The notes: generated by a model from the sequence alone, not told the origin. Shown: positions 34,773 through 48,700, counted from the whole stretch's first letter. The stretch is DNA of 49,209 nt, filler included, from Bipalium vagum (GCA_037834085.1; 2 parts of 2 records of this genome joined end to end with filler, not necessarily neighbours in it), one strand, 5' to 3'. A program made the numbers and translations.

Positions 34773-37700
34773 CTAATTATTCTGAATAAAAGAATCATTT
34801 TCCGTTTTCCCTGCCGCCTTTTGGCCAAGGATTTCTTGAAAAGAAGCATTCATGAAAACTTCGACTGCAATTTCTGCAGATCCATCGGTTTTGGATAATT
34901 CTTCCTGGATTCTGGAAATCAGTTCCTCGTGGGTTAGCTCATTAGCTAATTGGATCCATTTATTTGCCTCCTCTTCCAAATTGTCTTTAATTTGTTGTAA
35001 CCGCGTGTCACTCTTTTCTAATTGCATTCTTTCGGCTTTGCTCCTAAATTAAAGAAATCCAACCTCACAATGGGCATCATAAATAAATGATCTAAACAAA
35101 CATTGGGCTGGAACTCAGCAACTTTTGTCGAGTGTTTTTCAATTGCAAATATAAATGGTCTCTTTGAATGTAAATGGCATTATATTGACTTTGCAAGTTG
35201 CTACAATAAAAATATAATTAAATTTATATAATATTATATATCATATTATCAAGTAACCAAGAAAATTAATGTGGGTTTTGTATGACTATATTAAAAACAA
35301 AATAAAGAATAATGAACTTAAATTAAATTTTATTCATTAAAACAATCCCCATCACAATCAATAACACTTCCAACGAGAAACAAGTTTAGAAATACCATCT
35401 TTATAGAATGTAGAGTATTTTGAAGTGAAAAAATTACTAACTTCCACTTGGATAGTATCTATGATTTTTCAACATGTTTCGTCACTTACATAAGACATTT
35501 TGGCTAACTCGTGGAAGGACAGTTTCAATTTTCCTTTATTTTTTTAACTCTTTGTCATTAATGCTTGAAGTCTCCCAAGATGATGTGCATCTTTAAGTGA
35601 CTCATCACCGTTCAAAAATTTTGCAAACCATGTCTTGGATTTTTCACCTTTAAGGCATCATCTCCAAGCGCTAGAAGCGTTGGACCCCAGTTTGAATTGA
35701 TATGGTAACACACATATCTAATCACATTTTTATCAATAACCATTTTGGATTTGAATGAAATTTATAAATTTTAATATTAGGTTGTTTAGAAATGAATTTC
35801 GTTTTTTGACTTTTAAATTTTCAAATAGAAATTTTCAAGTAAGACTAAAGTTTATTAAGCAAAATATGCACCATTAGCTTGAATACTTTTAGTCCAACGA
35901 GACACAAGTTTCTTTATGCCACTATCATAAAATTTCTGTGTTCTGGAAGCGATGAAGTTGTTGAAGGTATTTTAATTGTTCAACTTGTTCAATTTTTGTA
36001 GGGTCAATTGTGCAACATGCGGCCGAGCATTGTCGTGCAATAGAATAGCTCTCTTTCTATTGACCAAAACTGGTTGATGCTCTTTAAATTTCAAGTGCAT
36101 TTCTTCAATTTGCCTACAGTATAACTCTGCCGTAATTGATTCTCCTGGTTTCAAGAAGCTGTGATGAATTAGACCACGTGCAGACCACCAAACAGTTACC
36201 ATCAGTTTCTTTTGGTATAACTTCGGCTTGCAAAATGCTTCGGAGTTTGATCATGGTTCAACCATTTGCTGACCACCGTCTGTTGTCGTACATTATCCAC
36301 TTCTCATCTGTCGTCACAATCCGGTCGAGAAAAGGATCATTACTGTTGCGCAAAATTTGAGAAGACGCAAGTTCAAACCGTCGATTTTTCAGATTTTCGT
36401 TTAGGTCTTGTGGGACCCACTTGTCGAGCTTTTTGGACTTCCCAATTTTTTTCAGATGGGTCGAAATTGCTCCAATTGTTACACCTAACTCTTTTGCTAG
36501 GTCTCTAACTGTGGTACGTGGATTCGCCTCCACCAATGCTTTCAATTCATCATTATTGATTGAACTCCTTCAACCACAACCCTCTTTATCTTCGAGTGTC
36601 TCGTCTCCTTCGCTAAATCTTTTGAACCAACGCGTTCGATAGTCGTTCCTTCGCCAAATGCTAGGTTGATGTTTCAACCTCCTTCTGCTGCTCTGTGACT
36701 CAGCTTAAATTCATGTAAGTAAATTGTACGTAATTGATTATTTTCCATGTTACCTTAAAACATTAAAAATAATGTTATTTAAAATTAAATAATTACAAAA
36801 TGCTTACAAAATATAATTTAAATTTCACGCTTTAAAATGATATATAAAATATATTAAAACAACACAAAATTATGGTAAAATATAATTTGAAAATACATTA
36901 ATTTAAAAATGAATATTAAATATTAATATTATTATTATAATTATATTATTATTATATTAAAATTAATCAATTTTTAAAATTTAATTGTAAAGCTTAGGGA
37001 TCTTGGAATATTAAGAATTTGTTTTTGAAATAATATAAAATTTTATATAAATCTTTCACTATTTTCCCTTTAATTGTCAACGCAGTAAACTCTTAAAATT
37101 TGTAAAACTATTCGACATTTCTCTAAAAAAAAATTGGTGCTTTAAATAACTTGAAAGCTGTTGACAAGGCCTCATTTTCTTCTCTTAATTTTTGAGCTTC
37201 TGCTGAGACTTTTTGGAACTTATCGTCGACTAAATCGAACTGGTTTTTGGGGACAACATCAGCGTATAGTGCTTCCAAAGTCACTATCTTTTGATTTGCA
37301 CTTGCCAACTTAATTTTGGATTGCCTAAAGAAAAGTAATAAATTATATTCCATGATGTAGCCCATTCTCTAACTCATATCCCCATCGTAGTTTGACAGGG
37401 TCTTCTTTTTGTTCCTCTAAATCGGTGGCTTTGGCTAAGCGCTCCATTTCTTTTAATTTTGATCTCAAATCATTGAGATCGTTTATTAAAATTTTTCTGG
37501 CGTCTGCTTCGTTTCGACAAAGCAAATTTTGAGATTCCAATTCTTCAACTAAACGCTTGAGCTACAAGTTTTGAAAAGCTTTATTAATTTCTGGGAAATA
37601 TTCGTATTAGAAAAATGGATACTTCGCACTTCAGAGTCTCTAATTCGGAAGTCAAATTCCCAACTTCCATTGAGAGTTTGTTTTTAACATTTCTCAATTC

Positions 37701-40700
37701 GGTTATCTCTTTTGATTCTTTCTTTCGAATTGCCATTAATCTTTGATCGTATTCGTGAGACAATGTCCAAAGGAGCTCCTTTAGAGAATGGAATTAAACA
37801 GATAAAAACTAAAATCAAAATAACTTTCATAGGTTCAACTCTTCTCAGTTCAGATCTGAAATAATCGATATTCATTTCATATTCTCTCTTTATTGAAGAT
37901 AACAGTGGTCTGTATGACTTCAGAGCCTGAATAAGCCATTCAAAAGCTTCACAATGTATCTGCAATCGACGTGGATCCGGCTTTACTTCCGTTACTTTAC
38001 TATTTATAAGTTCATTTTTGACATAACTTTCCAAAAATTCCAAAAACTTTGGTTTGGGCACTAGGTTTGGCAGCTCTACAATAAAATTGGGAAAATAGAT
38101 TTTTAAAGGATTTTCTGTTTAGATAATTACTTTTAAAATTTTCCTTAAAAATTATGTAACCTCTTTAACCTTATCATAACCTTTGATAAGATTCCTGTAA
38201 CTTTACCATGTCTTTCAAAAGTCAAAACGGTGAATTTAATGGATTATTATACAGAAACCAACATTTTAATTAAAATCATCATAAATTTTCTGGCAAAAGG
38301 ATTTATCAGGATTTACATTATCAGCTTAACAACTTAAAACAAAATTCATTACTTGCTTACACAATTTCGTGTATCGTTCAATGATTATGATTGGACAATT
38401 AATTTGTTAATCGTGATGTTCTTTCTTTAATTAACAATTATTGAAAATAAATATATTTTTTGAAATAAAAATTAATGAACAATATATTTTGCGTAATTAA
38501 TAGACAAGCTACATCTAAAAAATACAAATTATGATTAAATAAAAAGAGGTAACGTAGTTTAATTATTTATGTTTTATATAATTTTTCAAAATGAAGTAGT
38601 GATCAACAAGTAATAATAAACATTTTACTATTTTCAATTTTAATTATTCAGTCCAATTGGGGTCAGAAGTTGAATATTAAGAAAATAATATTAAAAATTT
38701 TTGACATTGATCTCTATATTTTTTTGGAAATATCCAAATATGTTCATTAAAAGCTTAAAAGTTTTATTTTAGAAAACTAAAAAACACCTGCGTAAAAAAA
38801 TTGATTTTTTTCTGAAAAAATAATTGAGAAACTTTTCCAGGAATTATTGATATTTTCACTGATATCGTTCATTTATTTGATTTATAAATTTTGAAAACAT
38901 CATCATTTAGTGTTTTGCAAACACTTAATGATTAAAAACAATATCAAAATATGATACCGAAAAATGTTTTCAGTTTATTTCAATATAAAAATTGGTTGAA
39001 ATTCGGTTTGGTTCCATTTTGTTTAAACGGGTTGTTTTGAATTTAAGGATCATGAATTTTGAAACGCTTTAATAAATTTTTATAACTTATTTTATCCAAT
39101 ATACTGTTATTAATAAAACACTAATGAAAACTGAAGAAATAACACCCAACAAAATTTAACCAACATAAATCTATTCTGTAGCAAGATAATATAGCTTTTA
39201 AGTAAACCCTATTACGATATCTTATAGATTAAATCTTAATTTTTCGTACCAAATCGTCTCACAGGCCTAATTTTGACCAATTCTTATTCAAACATGATAC
39301 TCAATTTATGAAGGAACAAATTTTAACAGCCAGTAAACAAAAATGATGTCCAGGATTTCTTTGAGACTGTAAGTTTGGTTTAAGATTAATTTAAGTTAAT
39401 AGACAATAATTTTTTTTTTAATGTAATATCGATTAGCTTAATAATTTTATCAGTCATTTACGTCATAATATACATGTATTTAATTCAAAATTTTCGGTTT
39501 GTAGTAAGAGAGATAAGATTTTTGTTTCAATTAATTTGCATAAGGATGTATATTATAAAATATCAAAGTTTTGGAAAAGTCAATATATTTAATTAAAAAA
39601 ATTAATATTTTAATAATAATAGCTATAATCGCTATTTTAGACCAACCGCTTGTCCATTTTTAAATACTGAATTTACTGAGGATATTAATATTTCCAAAAT
39701 ATATCAACTTTTCTCAGAGTCATAATAAGCTAATAGTTATAATTTATTTTTCTACATTAATATTTAATATAATATTGAAATTAATGTCTTCATTTCAAGA
39801 AACATATTTTAATTAAAAATTATTTTTTAATTATATTTTTATGTAAACTTCCTAATGGTTTTATTCATCAAAAATAAAAATAAATTAATTTTTTAGATTT
39901 ATTTTAATTTTCATTTAATTATACGAATTTCTTTCAAACTATATATATATATGGCAGAATATGATCTGCAATAACAGCTGCTAGTGTTCTTATGTATCAC
40001 ATGGAAAGGAGCTCTTTAAATAGCCAAATGGCTTAAAGGGCCTTAATCAATTTCAGTAAAAACTTTTATTTCTCCCATGACATAAGAAATGAAGAAAATA
40101 ATAATAATAATTTCAAAAGTTGTTCTGTCTTTAAGTCATAAAATCATTATTATAAAAGTTAATTTTATGATGACAGTAAAAGGAATAAATTTTTATTTAT
40201 ATTCTGAATTAGGAAATAAGTGAAAAAACAGTGAATATTCATTTCAATTTTCGAAAGCAATTCATTATTTATACTTCAGAATAAAGAAAAGATCGAAAGA
40301 AAAAAAATAATATTTTAATTAATATTAATAATATAAATTAATATTTGTCTTTTTATGTGAAAGGTCTTGGTAGTTTCACTTTGGTGATTGAAAATTTCAC
40401 CATAAAAACTCTGTTTCGATATCAAGGCGTCATAATTGAGAAAAAATGGAATAAAATAATTCCGGTACGGAGATTAAAGAAAATATAATTATTAAGAAAT
40501 GAAAATGTAGATTGTAAAGGCTCATTTCACAAAAACACTCATTTCGGATTGGGTTCATACACAAAATTGTTCAAGAAAGTATTTTTTTACAATAATAATA
40601 TTATTGTAAAAAATGAAGAAATAATAAATTATAAAGAAAATAATGAAAATAGCAGTAAATTAAGAATAAGAGATATCAATGCTCTTATTCCAAAAAAATT

Positions 40701-43700
40701 GATTTATTGTTCAGAAAATAAAAGATATAATAAAATGTTTGACCATTTAAAACTTATTTTTCGGCAAATAACAAAATATTATTAACTTTTTTTAACATGT
40801 TTAAAGCAAAATAAATTTTGGACTTTGTTTTAATTTTTCAAAATAATCATAAATAATATCAATCATTTAAAACTTCAAATTTTAATGACTAAGCAGTTAT
40901 CTAGTTCTGTTCAAACGGTTCTACTCTCCAATTAAGAAAGTTTTTTTTTAAAAATGAGAAATTTATTCATTTTGGAATCGTTTCATTGGAATCGTGTAGT
41001 CCCTTTGGTATCTGATAGGGCTGTGTAAGTGAAATCAGATGAGGATTTCTGTGAAGAAATGTAAAGAAGCGTAAGTTGAGGAACGTTCAAAGTGGAAATT
41101 TTGAATGTTTCTGGTGGTGGTATTCGAGATATTAATATTATTTTTTCTACATTGGGGTTATTGTTAACTATTAGAACAATAGTACAGTTTTAATGGTTTA
41201 ATAATAATTTAATATTAAACATTAGTTCTTATCAGAAAAACCTCATTTTGTAAATTGGAGAAAATAGTTTAATGTAAGAACAATGTACATATACCAAAAA
41301 CTCTTATGATTCAGTGATATAATTAACATATGATGATAGAGACATTGTCAAGCTCGAAAGAGGTCTTTAGAATTAATATAAGAATGAGAACAGTAAGACT
41401 ACTCAAAATTATTTTGAGTGTAATCGTGACATTATAAAGTAACCTTATTGAGATAAGAAGAAAATTCTGTTTTCTCATCCCAGACTATTTTTATTAGATA
41501 GTAATAATATTTATAATCGATAAAAATACTTTAAGTACTAGATTCATGTTCATCGAACACTTTTATATGATGATTGTTGGTCACCAATATTTGCGAGTAC
41601 GGATATAACCTTCCACTGCTATGTGCCGGCCAGCTGTCAAGATATCTGGAGGGGACCTAAAAAGTAAAGTCGTGAAGTGTTTGGTTAGAATGAAAATGGC
41701 AGATTTTTATAATTCGCCATTGTTTACATAACGTCTTTGTAACTCAAGACAAAATCCATCAAAAATCTTATGGAAATCTCAAGAATAACGACAGCAGAAT
41801 AAAAAAATTGAGAAAAAAAGGTTTTCGTTGTTTTCATACTAACTTTAAAACTTATAAAAAGAAAACTATTGCCATTTAATCGTTATACAATCATGGTTAA
41901 TATAAGAAGTGATTCGAAGAATTAGTTTGTTTGAATTTTTTTAAATAAGGACCTCGCGCCTAGATTAACAATTATTAAATGTTTTTAATTTAAAGTTTTT
42001 AAAAATTATAATGTTACGTTTTTTAAATTTTAAATAAATGTTGGTTAATTTTTAAAAAGTTAATTTAATTTTAATAAAAGGTGAGGTCCATGTTGAAAAG
42101 TTTGTTTGGCTAATCGGATTTAATGAAATATATTATTATTGTTTCGACTTTGAATTCTTATTTACAAATGACTACGCAAGAATATAACTGTGAACATATA
42201 TTATTATCCTATGGAAATATAATCCTTTAATTCCAATATCAGTATCTGGTAATCCTTCAGTTAAGCGGCGTAAAATAATTACCACTAAGATATTTGAATA
42301 AAATCTGTATGAAATATAAAAATATCAAATTCAAAACGTTCTGACTAGTAAGACTACAAATAAAAACGAAAACGCCATACACCACATTAATTCATAAAGG
42401 TGCGACCTGAAGAAGGCCTCAGGTGTGCGCAAATGTTTTTTACCTCTCTTAACTGAAGGATTACCCAATATCTTTTCCGAGACTATTTGAAAAATATAAG
42501 ACTTGTTGAACGTCCATACTGGTTTTGATTTCTTTTGTTTATCCACATTGTTATAAAACTGATAATATTAATGATACAATTACATGATGATTTCACACTT
42601 GACCGAATTTCTCTCTTAAGTTACACCTTAAAACTCTTCTGAAAAGCCAGGGGATATTTTCATACAAAAACTGTTAGATTTAAACTTTTGCGTAAATGAA
42701 GAAATTTAACTTTAATAATATTTAAACTGAGAATTAAGCAATCCTGTCAATCATTTGTCATACATTTGATAGTTATCCCACATTATTCAGTTTTGAGTGG
42801 TCATTAAACCATCTTTTAGAAGATGGGAACAACCAATTGGTAAGTCATTTGATATCTTCTGATATAAATTGACAGAAGACAATTAAGGTGAAATGGGAGT
42901 AACTTATAATTGAGCTATAAGACAACACTATCAGGAAATCTTAAACAGTCAATAAAGTATACCCTTATGTAATAAGAATTATAAATAAACAATTTTCACT
43001 GAATTTGAGAAAACCACTTGCGCTCTTTGTAGCTCTTCATGTGACATGTTAAATTACGAAACATACCGTTTTCTCGAAGTTTTCTTAATGATATGGGAAC
43101 ATTTTTTGATTTCCTTCAAATATATTTTCAGAACTTTATGGTAATATTATCACATTTCGGAGAATTTTGAAACTTTCTTTCAATGATCATACGTTTCTTG
43201 AAGTCTTTACCATCTTTTCGCACTGTCGTTTTGTTGCAATTTGAAGAATTTTAAATTCTTCATTTTCCATATAATTGTGCAAAATTTATTTCTTTTTATT
43301 GACACATTGGTTGCCAGACTCAATCGGCTCACGCGAACACCAGTGGCTAATACTGTTCGTTTCTATATTTATAGCGTTATAAATACGATTGGATGTCTCA
43401 GAAAAGCTTACTTTGGTCTCCTAACTATAATAATTAAATGCAAGTTGTTAATTTCAACTGAAAATTATATAACGGGAATAACTGAACTGGAGTCATTGTT
43501 TTAAACTTATTTTGAACAATAATTTGGTTAACAAAATTGACCTTTTAATATATTTTTGAACATTTACTATGATTGTCAATAAGATTTAAGTAATATTATA
43601 CAGGTAAGTCTTTTAATTATCCTAATTTTAACCGTTGATCTTTTGTTTCCAAAGTCTTTTTATATCCAAAAGACTGACAAAAGTAACCATATCTTTAACT

Positions 43701-44362
43701 TCTCACAAAATGAAAGTTAAGCTTGATATAATTTTTAAAACTACGAAACCTGAGAATTTTCTTTAATTTTCATGATCACTCATTAATTAAGGATTCAAGT
43801 AATAAACCAAAAATTATTTCTAAAGAACATTACTTGCTTATGGATGAATGCGGGGTTTATCATTTGTTCGTTGTTTATAGAATAGTACTTTGGGGGATCC
43901 TGAAAGTTGCCGGTAAAGATCGTAAGTATTATTATCAATAAATTTACTTGAACCAGTGAACTTTGTTTTGGATTTCCAGACATTTTAACTAAATATTGAT
44001 TTAATAATTAATTTTAAATCGATTCTTATGACATCATTTAATTATTTGTATATTATAGATTATTTATACAAAGAACATTCTACAAATATTTCGCAACCAA
44101 CTTTGACATGTTTAATAATTGTAATAAAAATTAAATTAATTTTATTAAAATTATTTTAGCAGATGTACTTAAAAATAATTTATTATTATTTATTATTATT
44201 TTTATTATTATTTATTATTTTTATTATTATTTTTATTATTTTTTTTATTATTAATTTTATTATTATTTTTATTATTATCATATTATTCTTATTACGAGTC
44301 AATATTAGACAATGGTACCTTGATTAATGACCGCCTTTACCTGCGACTGCACCAGATACCAT
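34773..44362 (-). CDS. TSNAXIP1: Translin-associated factor X-interacting protein 1-like (about 428 aa). Exons 44362(44403)-44341, 43988-43948, 43899-43834, 41656-41539, 38075-37825, 37778-37623, 37561-37374, 37324-37151, 35043-34773
   Basis: Motifs LDSWPAHSSG, VPKPKFLEFLE, RLQIHCEAFE...YRPLLSSIKREYE, EADARKILINDLNDLR, EDPVKL...DVVP (26-aa spacing as in the recalled vertebrate protein), KWIQLA. All junctions are GT-AG and phase-consistent. First and last exons are less certain. Confidence 0.82.
35235..35760 (-). mobile_element. mariner relic, internally deleted, in TSNAXIP1 intron
   Basis: N-terminal YQFKLGSNAS...TWFAKFLNGDESLKD joined to C-terminal FFTSKYSTFYKDGISKLVSRW..IDCDG. Confidence 0.7.
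35777..36900 (-). mobile_element. mariner (cecropia/Hsmar1-like) relic in TSNAXIP1 intron
   Basis: TIR TTAGGTTGTTTAGAAATGAATTTCG. Motifs MENNQLRTIYLHEFKL, KWVPQDL, FLDRIVTTDEKWIMYDN, HDNARPH. The YSPDL segment is deleted. Confidence 0.9.
42248..42465 (-). mobile_element. 218-bp non-autonomous Merlin element
   Basis: Perfect 18-bp TIR GGTAATCCTTCAGTTAAG (extends imperfectly to about 28 bp). 8-bp TSD CAGTATCT/CAATATCT. Internal FFRSHLYELMW resembles the Merlin C-terminal SYLxEFMWR. Confidence 0.8.
44180..44290. repeat. Compound (TTA/TTTTA)n low-complexity tract
   Basis: Directly visible. Confidence 0.9.
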
Positions 44363-44648
44363 TTTCGCCTCAAATAACGATACATGCTTAAAATAGTGAC
44401 CTTCTGTAAATACAAAAAATGAACTTAAAGAAAATTAAATACCATTTTATAAATAAAAAGCCTAACAATTTTTTTTATTTTTAAGATTTAACGAATTGAA
44501 TTTTTTTAATTGTAGTTTATGAGAAAAAAAGCTTTGATTAACGACGGACACAGTGAAACAGATTTCCGTCTTTAATTAAGTTAAGTTAAGTTGTTTTCCA
44601 AATAATTTTTCATTTTATCAAAAATTTATCTTTACTGTTTATTAAAAT

Positions 44649-45010
44649 CAGGGATTGAAACCGGTTTAGAACCGAATTAGAAAATCCGTAAACCGTACAT
44701 GTTGAATGACCAAAACCGAACCGGATAATGAATTTTTTAACCAAAATAGAATGAATATGCAGTTTGTTTAAATATTCTCTTTTGGTGTATAATTCAATTT
44801 TTATCAATTACCGTCAATTAATTGAGGTTTACCATTTTTGTTATTTCTAGTTTAACCCAAAATGACAAAAGATTTCAAGAATCACGCATTGTTCGAAAAA
44901 TTGGAATATAACACACAAGCTCGAAAAGGTTCATGCTGTAATTGTAGTTTTGTCAACATTAAAAACCGCCAGGAAAATTTAATGAGGCAATTTTATTTAA
45001 AGACATTTTT
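44649..45010 (+). mobile_element. Possible hAT element 5' end
   Basis: CAGGGATTGAAACCGG terminus, several AACCG subterminal repeats, and a short ORF MTKDFK...SCCNC...NLMRQ resembling a decayed BED finger. Confidence 0.45.
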
Positions 45011-45706
45011 ACAATGACGCCCATTGTTCTTAGGTTATTAATATCTTTCGATCCTAAACTCATGGTCCACAGTAACCAACCTCATGTTTTTAAAAAAAGA
45101 GTATTTAGATAAAAAATAGCATTGTACATTTTGAAACAAAAATAATAATTTTTAACCTTCGTGATAGATCTGTTTTATTATTTAAAAAGGACACTTTAAT
45201 TATTGGAAACCCAATTCCGAACTGGAGATCCATTTCCGTGATATGAGCTAATTTATTACTTCATCCAAATCCGTTTATCTTTCCAATTAGTGAAAGTCTA
45301 TTACCAATAGTTGGTATAACTCCAAATCATTATTCCACCAAGTTATTCCCAACGTTTCTCAACAGTCAAAAGGACCAATTGAATGGTGGATAATTAAAAT
45401 ACAATAAAAATTGTTTTCAACGAATTTTTCTGAAAATATTTCTCCCACGTTTATGAAGTCCTCAGCAAACTTAGCTGTAATTATTTCATTATAAATTTAT
45501 GAAGTAATTAATAATTAGACAATTTTTTATTTACGTGGCGCCACTTTATCCCATTGATTGCCCAAGAATAATTTTCAAAAAAATTTAATAATTTATATTT
45601 CACGAAATTAATTTATTTCATTTTAATTATTGCATATTTAATATTTTTTTATTTATGTATTCATTAATTATTTATAATATTTAGTTATAATATTTTTATT
45701 AATAAA

Positions 45707-45730
45707 AATAATAATGATAAGTATGATAAA

Positions 45731-45765
<35 letters not shown>
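45707..45765. repeat. (AAT)n microsatellite
   Basis: Directly visible. Confidence 0.95.
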
Positions 45766-45767
<2 letters not shown>

Positions 45768-48700
45768 TTACAGAGAGCACAGATCTTACAAATTTCTTAA
45801 TGAAATAACGTTATTGACAGTTCAATCAATTTTCAACTACCCCAGGATTCTTATTTTGAATTTGATGTTAATTTTTGATGTTTGAATGTGTGATACTTTT
45901 TCAATATATGAAAAATACCTTTTGTAAACATTCTTCTGAATGTACAAAAATTAGTAGTGTTTCTGATAAATCTAATTAATAAAACAAGAAAATAACTTCA
46001 AAAAAAATTTATTTTATTTATAATATTTATCAGAGGGTGAGTGGAAAGTCCTTTTGCTATTTTAATTAGCAATAGAAAATCAGCAATCATTCCGTTGGTA
46101 TTGATATAATGATTTTTACATAGTTAACTGTATATTAATTATTTCAAGAATTATCAAAGAAAATCTTTAGTTTTAATTACTTGATTATTTTAAAATAAAT
46201 AAATATCTATTCAGTTCATGATGTTTTTTTAAAAAATATTTACTATTTAGGCATTTATTAATAATAATATTAATATTAATAAATGAAATAAGTAATAAAA
46301 TATATGCAATAAAAAAGATTTTTAACAATAAATTCTTTAAACATTTAAAAAAAATAGGAAAATATCATCAACACCTTTAAACTATTTCTTATCCATATTC
46401 ATTTAATTTGCATTTATTTTTATTTACGTAGAATATTTTTACTTATTTTATTATTATATTATTTATATTTTATTTACTTATTTTAAGATGTGATTTTAAT
46501 ATTATTAAAATTTTAAATTAGAGTAATTGACAATTGTTGAACTGATTTTTGCAAAATAAACTACGATTGTTTTTTTAATATTATAATTATTGTAACATCT
46601 TCACTATTGAATACACTATTTTCATAAATTCCGGTTTCGTGTGTTAACAAAAATCGTGTCATAATTTGTAAATTAATTCGCGAAATTCCACCTCTAATTG
46701 CAGGCTCAAATTATGAGGTTATGAAGGCAGCGCTCAGTACAAGGGAGAAATTGTAAACAAATTAAGATAAAATTATTAAAAAAAAATAATAAAAATATAT
46801 AATCGTAATAATAAACAGTGTTTAGTGACAAGGTGATATTAATTTTTAATTTTTCAGTTTTATTAAAATTACTTAGTGAAATATTTATGAATTCGTTGGA
46901 TATCCAACATGACTAAATAATAAAGATTATTATGTAAATTATTTACAGTAATATTTATTTATTTATCATTTTCTCAATTCAGGAAACATAAAAATACAAA
47001 AAGATTTATAACAAATCTTTCAAAATCATCACATATTTGCCCATGAAATGTTATATATATTAACAAATTGACATTATTGATATTATTGAAATTATTGTTA
47101 AACACATTTGTTTATTTAAATTCTTTTTTGCGTATATTTGAGATATGAATAAATAATTATTAATGGTTGTTAAATTTTATCATAACAAAAAATAAACTTT
47201 GTATTTTCTCCAAAAGACATGATGTCAGGAAAAAATATTCTGGTTGTCATTCTTTTCCATTTTAAAAGGATCGTAATACAGAATTAACAGATGTCCAGTG
47301 ATATAATTAAATCATATATCTGCTACTGATGCACGATAAGGTAACTTTTGTGTGGAAAATGCAGTTAAAGATTTTACAGGATGAAGTGGTACATGATCCA
47401 TTAACTACTTTCTTGTTTCTGGTTTAAAGTTTTAGATTTTCGTGTTCATCATAAGTTACCACATTAAAAGCAATGTAAAAGTGAAAATCTAGAGAAGAGT
47501 ACTTTATTAATTAATTTAAATCCATAAAAATTGATAGCTAAAAAAGATAAGTTTATTCAAAAGGCATCACATTGATTTATTATTGAATAAATAATAAAAT
47601 AATCTCAAGTGAAAAACACAGTGGTTGGACAAGTTTGGAGCTTTAGGAATCATTAAAAAAGAAAGGATTTATCCTTGCTGCCTGTATGTCAGTCTACCGT
47701 AGGAATTAGGAACATGGTGTTCCAAAAAATTGTGATGAGCAACTTTTTGTCAATAGGAGTAAACCTGATCCAAAGTTGAACAAATTACAGTGCTCATAAA
47801 AAGTCTGTTCACCTCCAATAAAAAATACAACTTTTGATATGTATTTCGATTTATTTAAAAATATTTGTTTAAATATTTAGTTATTGATAAATTATTTAAA
47901 TAATGTAAGTTATTAAAATATATTTTTCAATGATATGTATGAAATAAAATGTAATTTTATGATTTTTGAGCAATATCCGCGCACTATACAGTGGAAAAAT
48001 TAAAGGGTCTTGGATAAGAAATTATTGATCATCAACCGATTCAAATGGTGAATATTTCATTGATTAAATGTTCGTTATTCTACTTTCAGATCTATAGGTT
48101 GCAAATTTCATATGTACACCATTACATTTTTCTTTAAAATTTTTATAAAGAATTTATTTTTAGACGAATTATTTTCTGAATTTATTATATTATGATATTA
48201 TTAAAAATTATTTATTTCAATGTATAATTTTAAAGACTATTTACTACTTTAAAAATCCTTTCTGTAATACTTTACCGAATATTTCATACGAGTTTTTCAA
48301 TCCTTTTTTTCTTATTACCAATTAATAAAATATTAATTAATCAGTATCTTAATTAATTTTTTTATAATACTTTTTAAACCTTATTTCAATAAAAAGTTAA
48401 TGAAACAAATCTGGATGTAAACCAAAGTGATCAAATGCCAAATTATTCTATTAAAAATATAGCCAAAGGTGAAATCAAATATTGTCAATTTCCATTAGGA
48501 CGTAATGAATGAATTGGATAATCGTAAATGATAATTAGTGAAAATGATATCATCCCCCATTGCAGTATCCGCCAAGTGGGCATTACGAGCAATTCTTAAT
48601 AGACGAAGATTCATTTCTAATGTAAAACACTATATTACGCAGATATTTTTTGTTTTAATTCATATGTATGCGCATAACAATCAAATATGAAAATTTTATC

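Noticed and set aside
40549-40785. 78-aa plus ORF
   Set aside because: Low-complexity N/K/I-rich sequence with a non-ATG start.
47640-47770. C/D-box-like GTGATGA...CTGA and U3-like CTTTAGGAATCATT
   Set aside because: The boxes are too close, there is no terminal stem, and other U3 boxes are absent.
47787-48020. Two Tc1-like TIR starts (TACAGTG...)
   Set aside because: Same orientation, with no partner TIR or transposase found.
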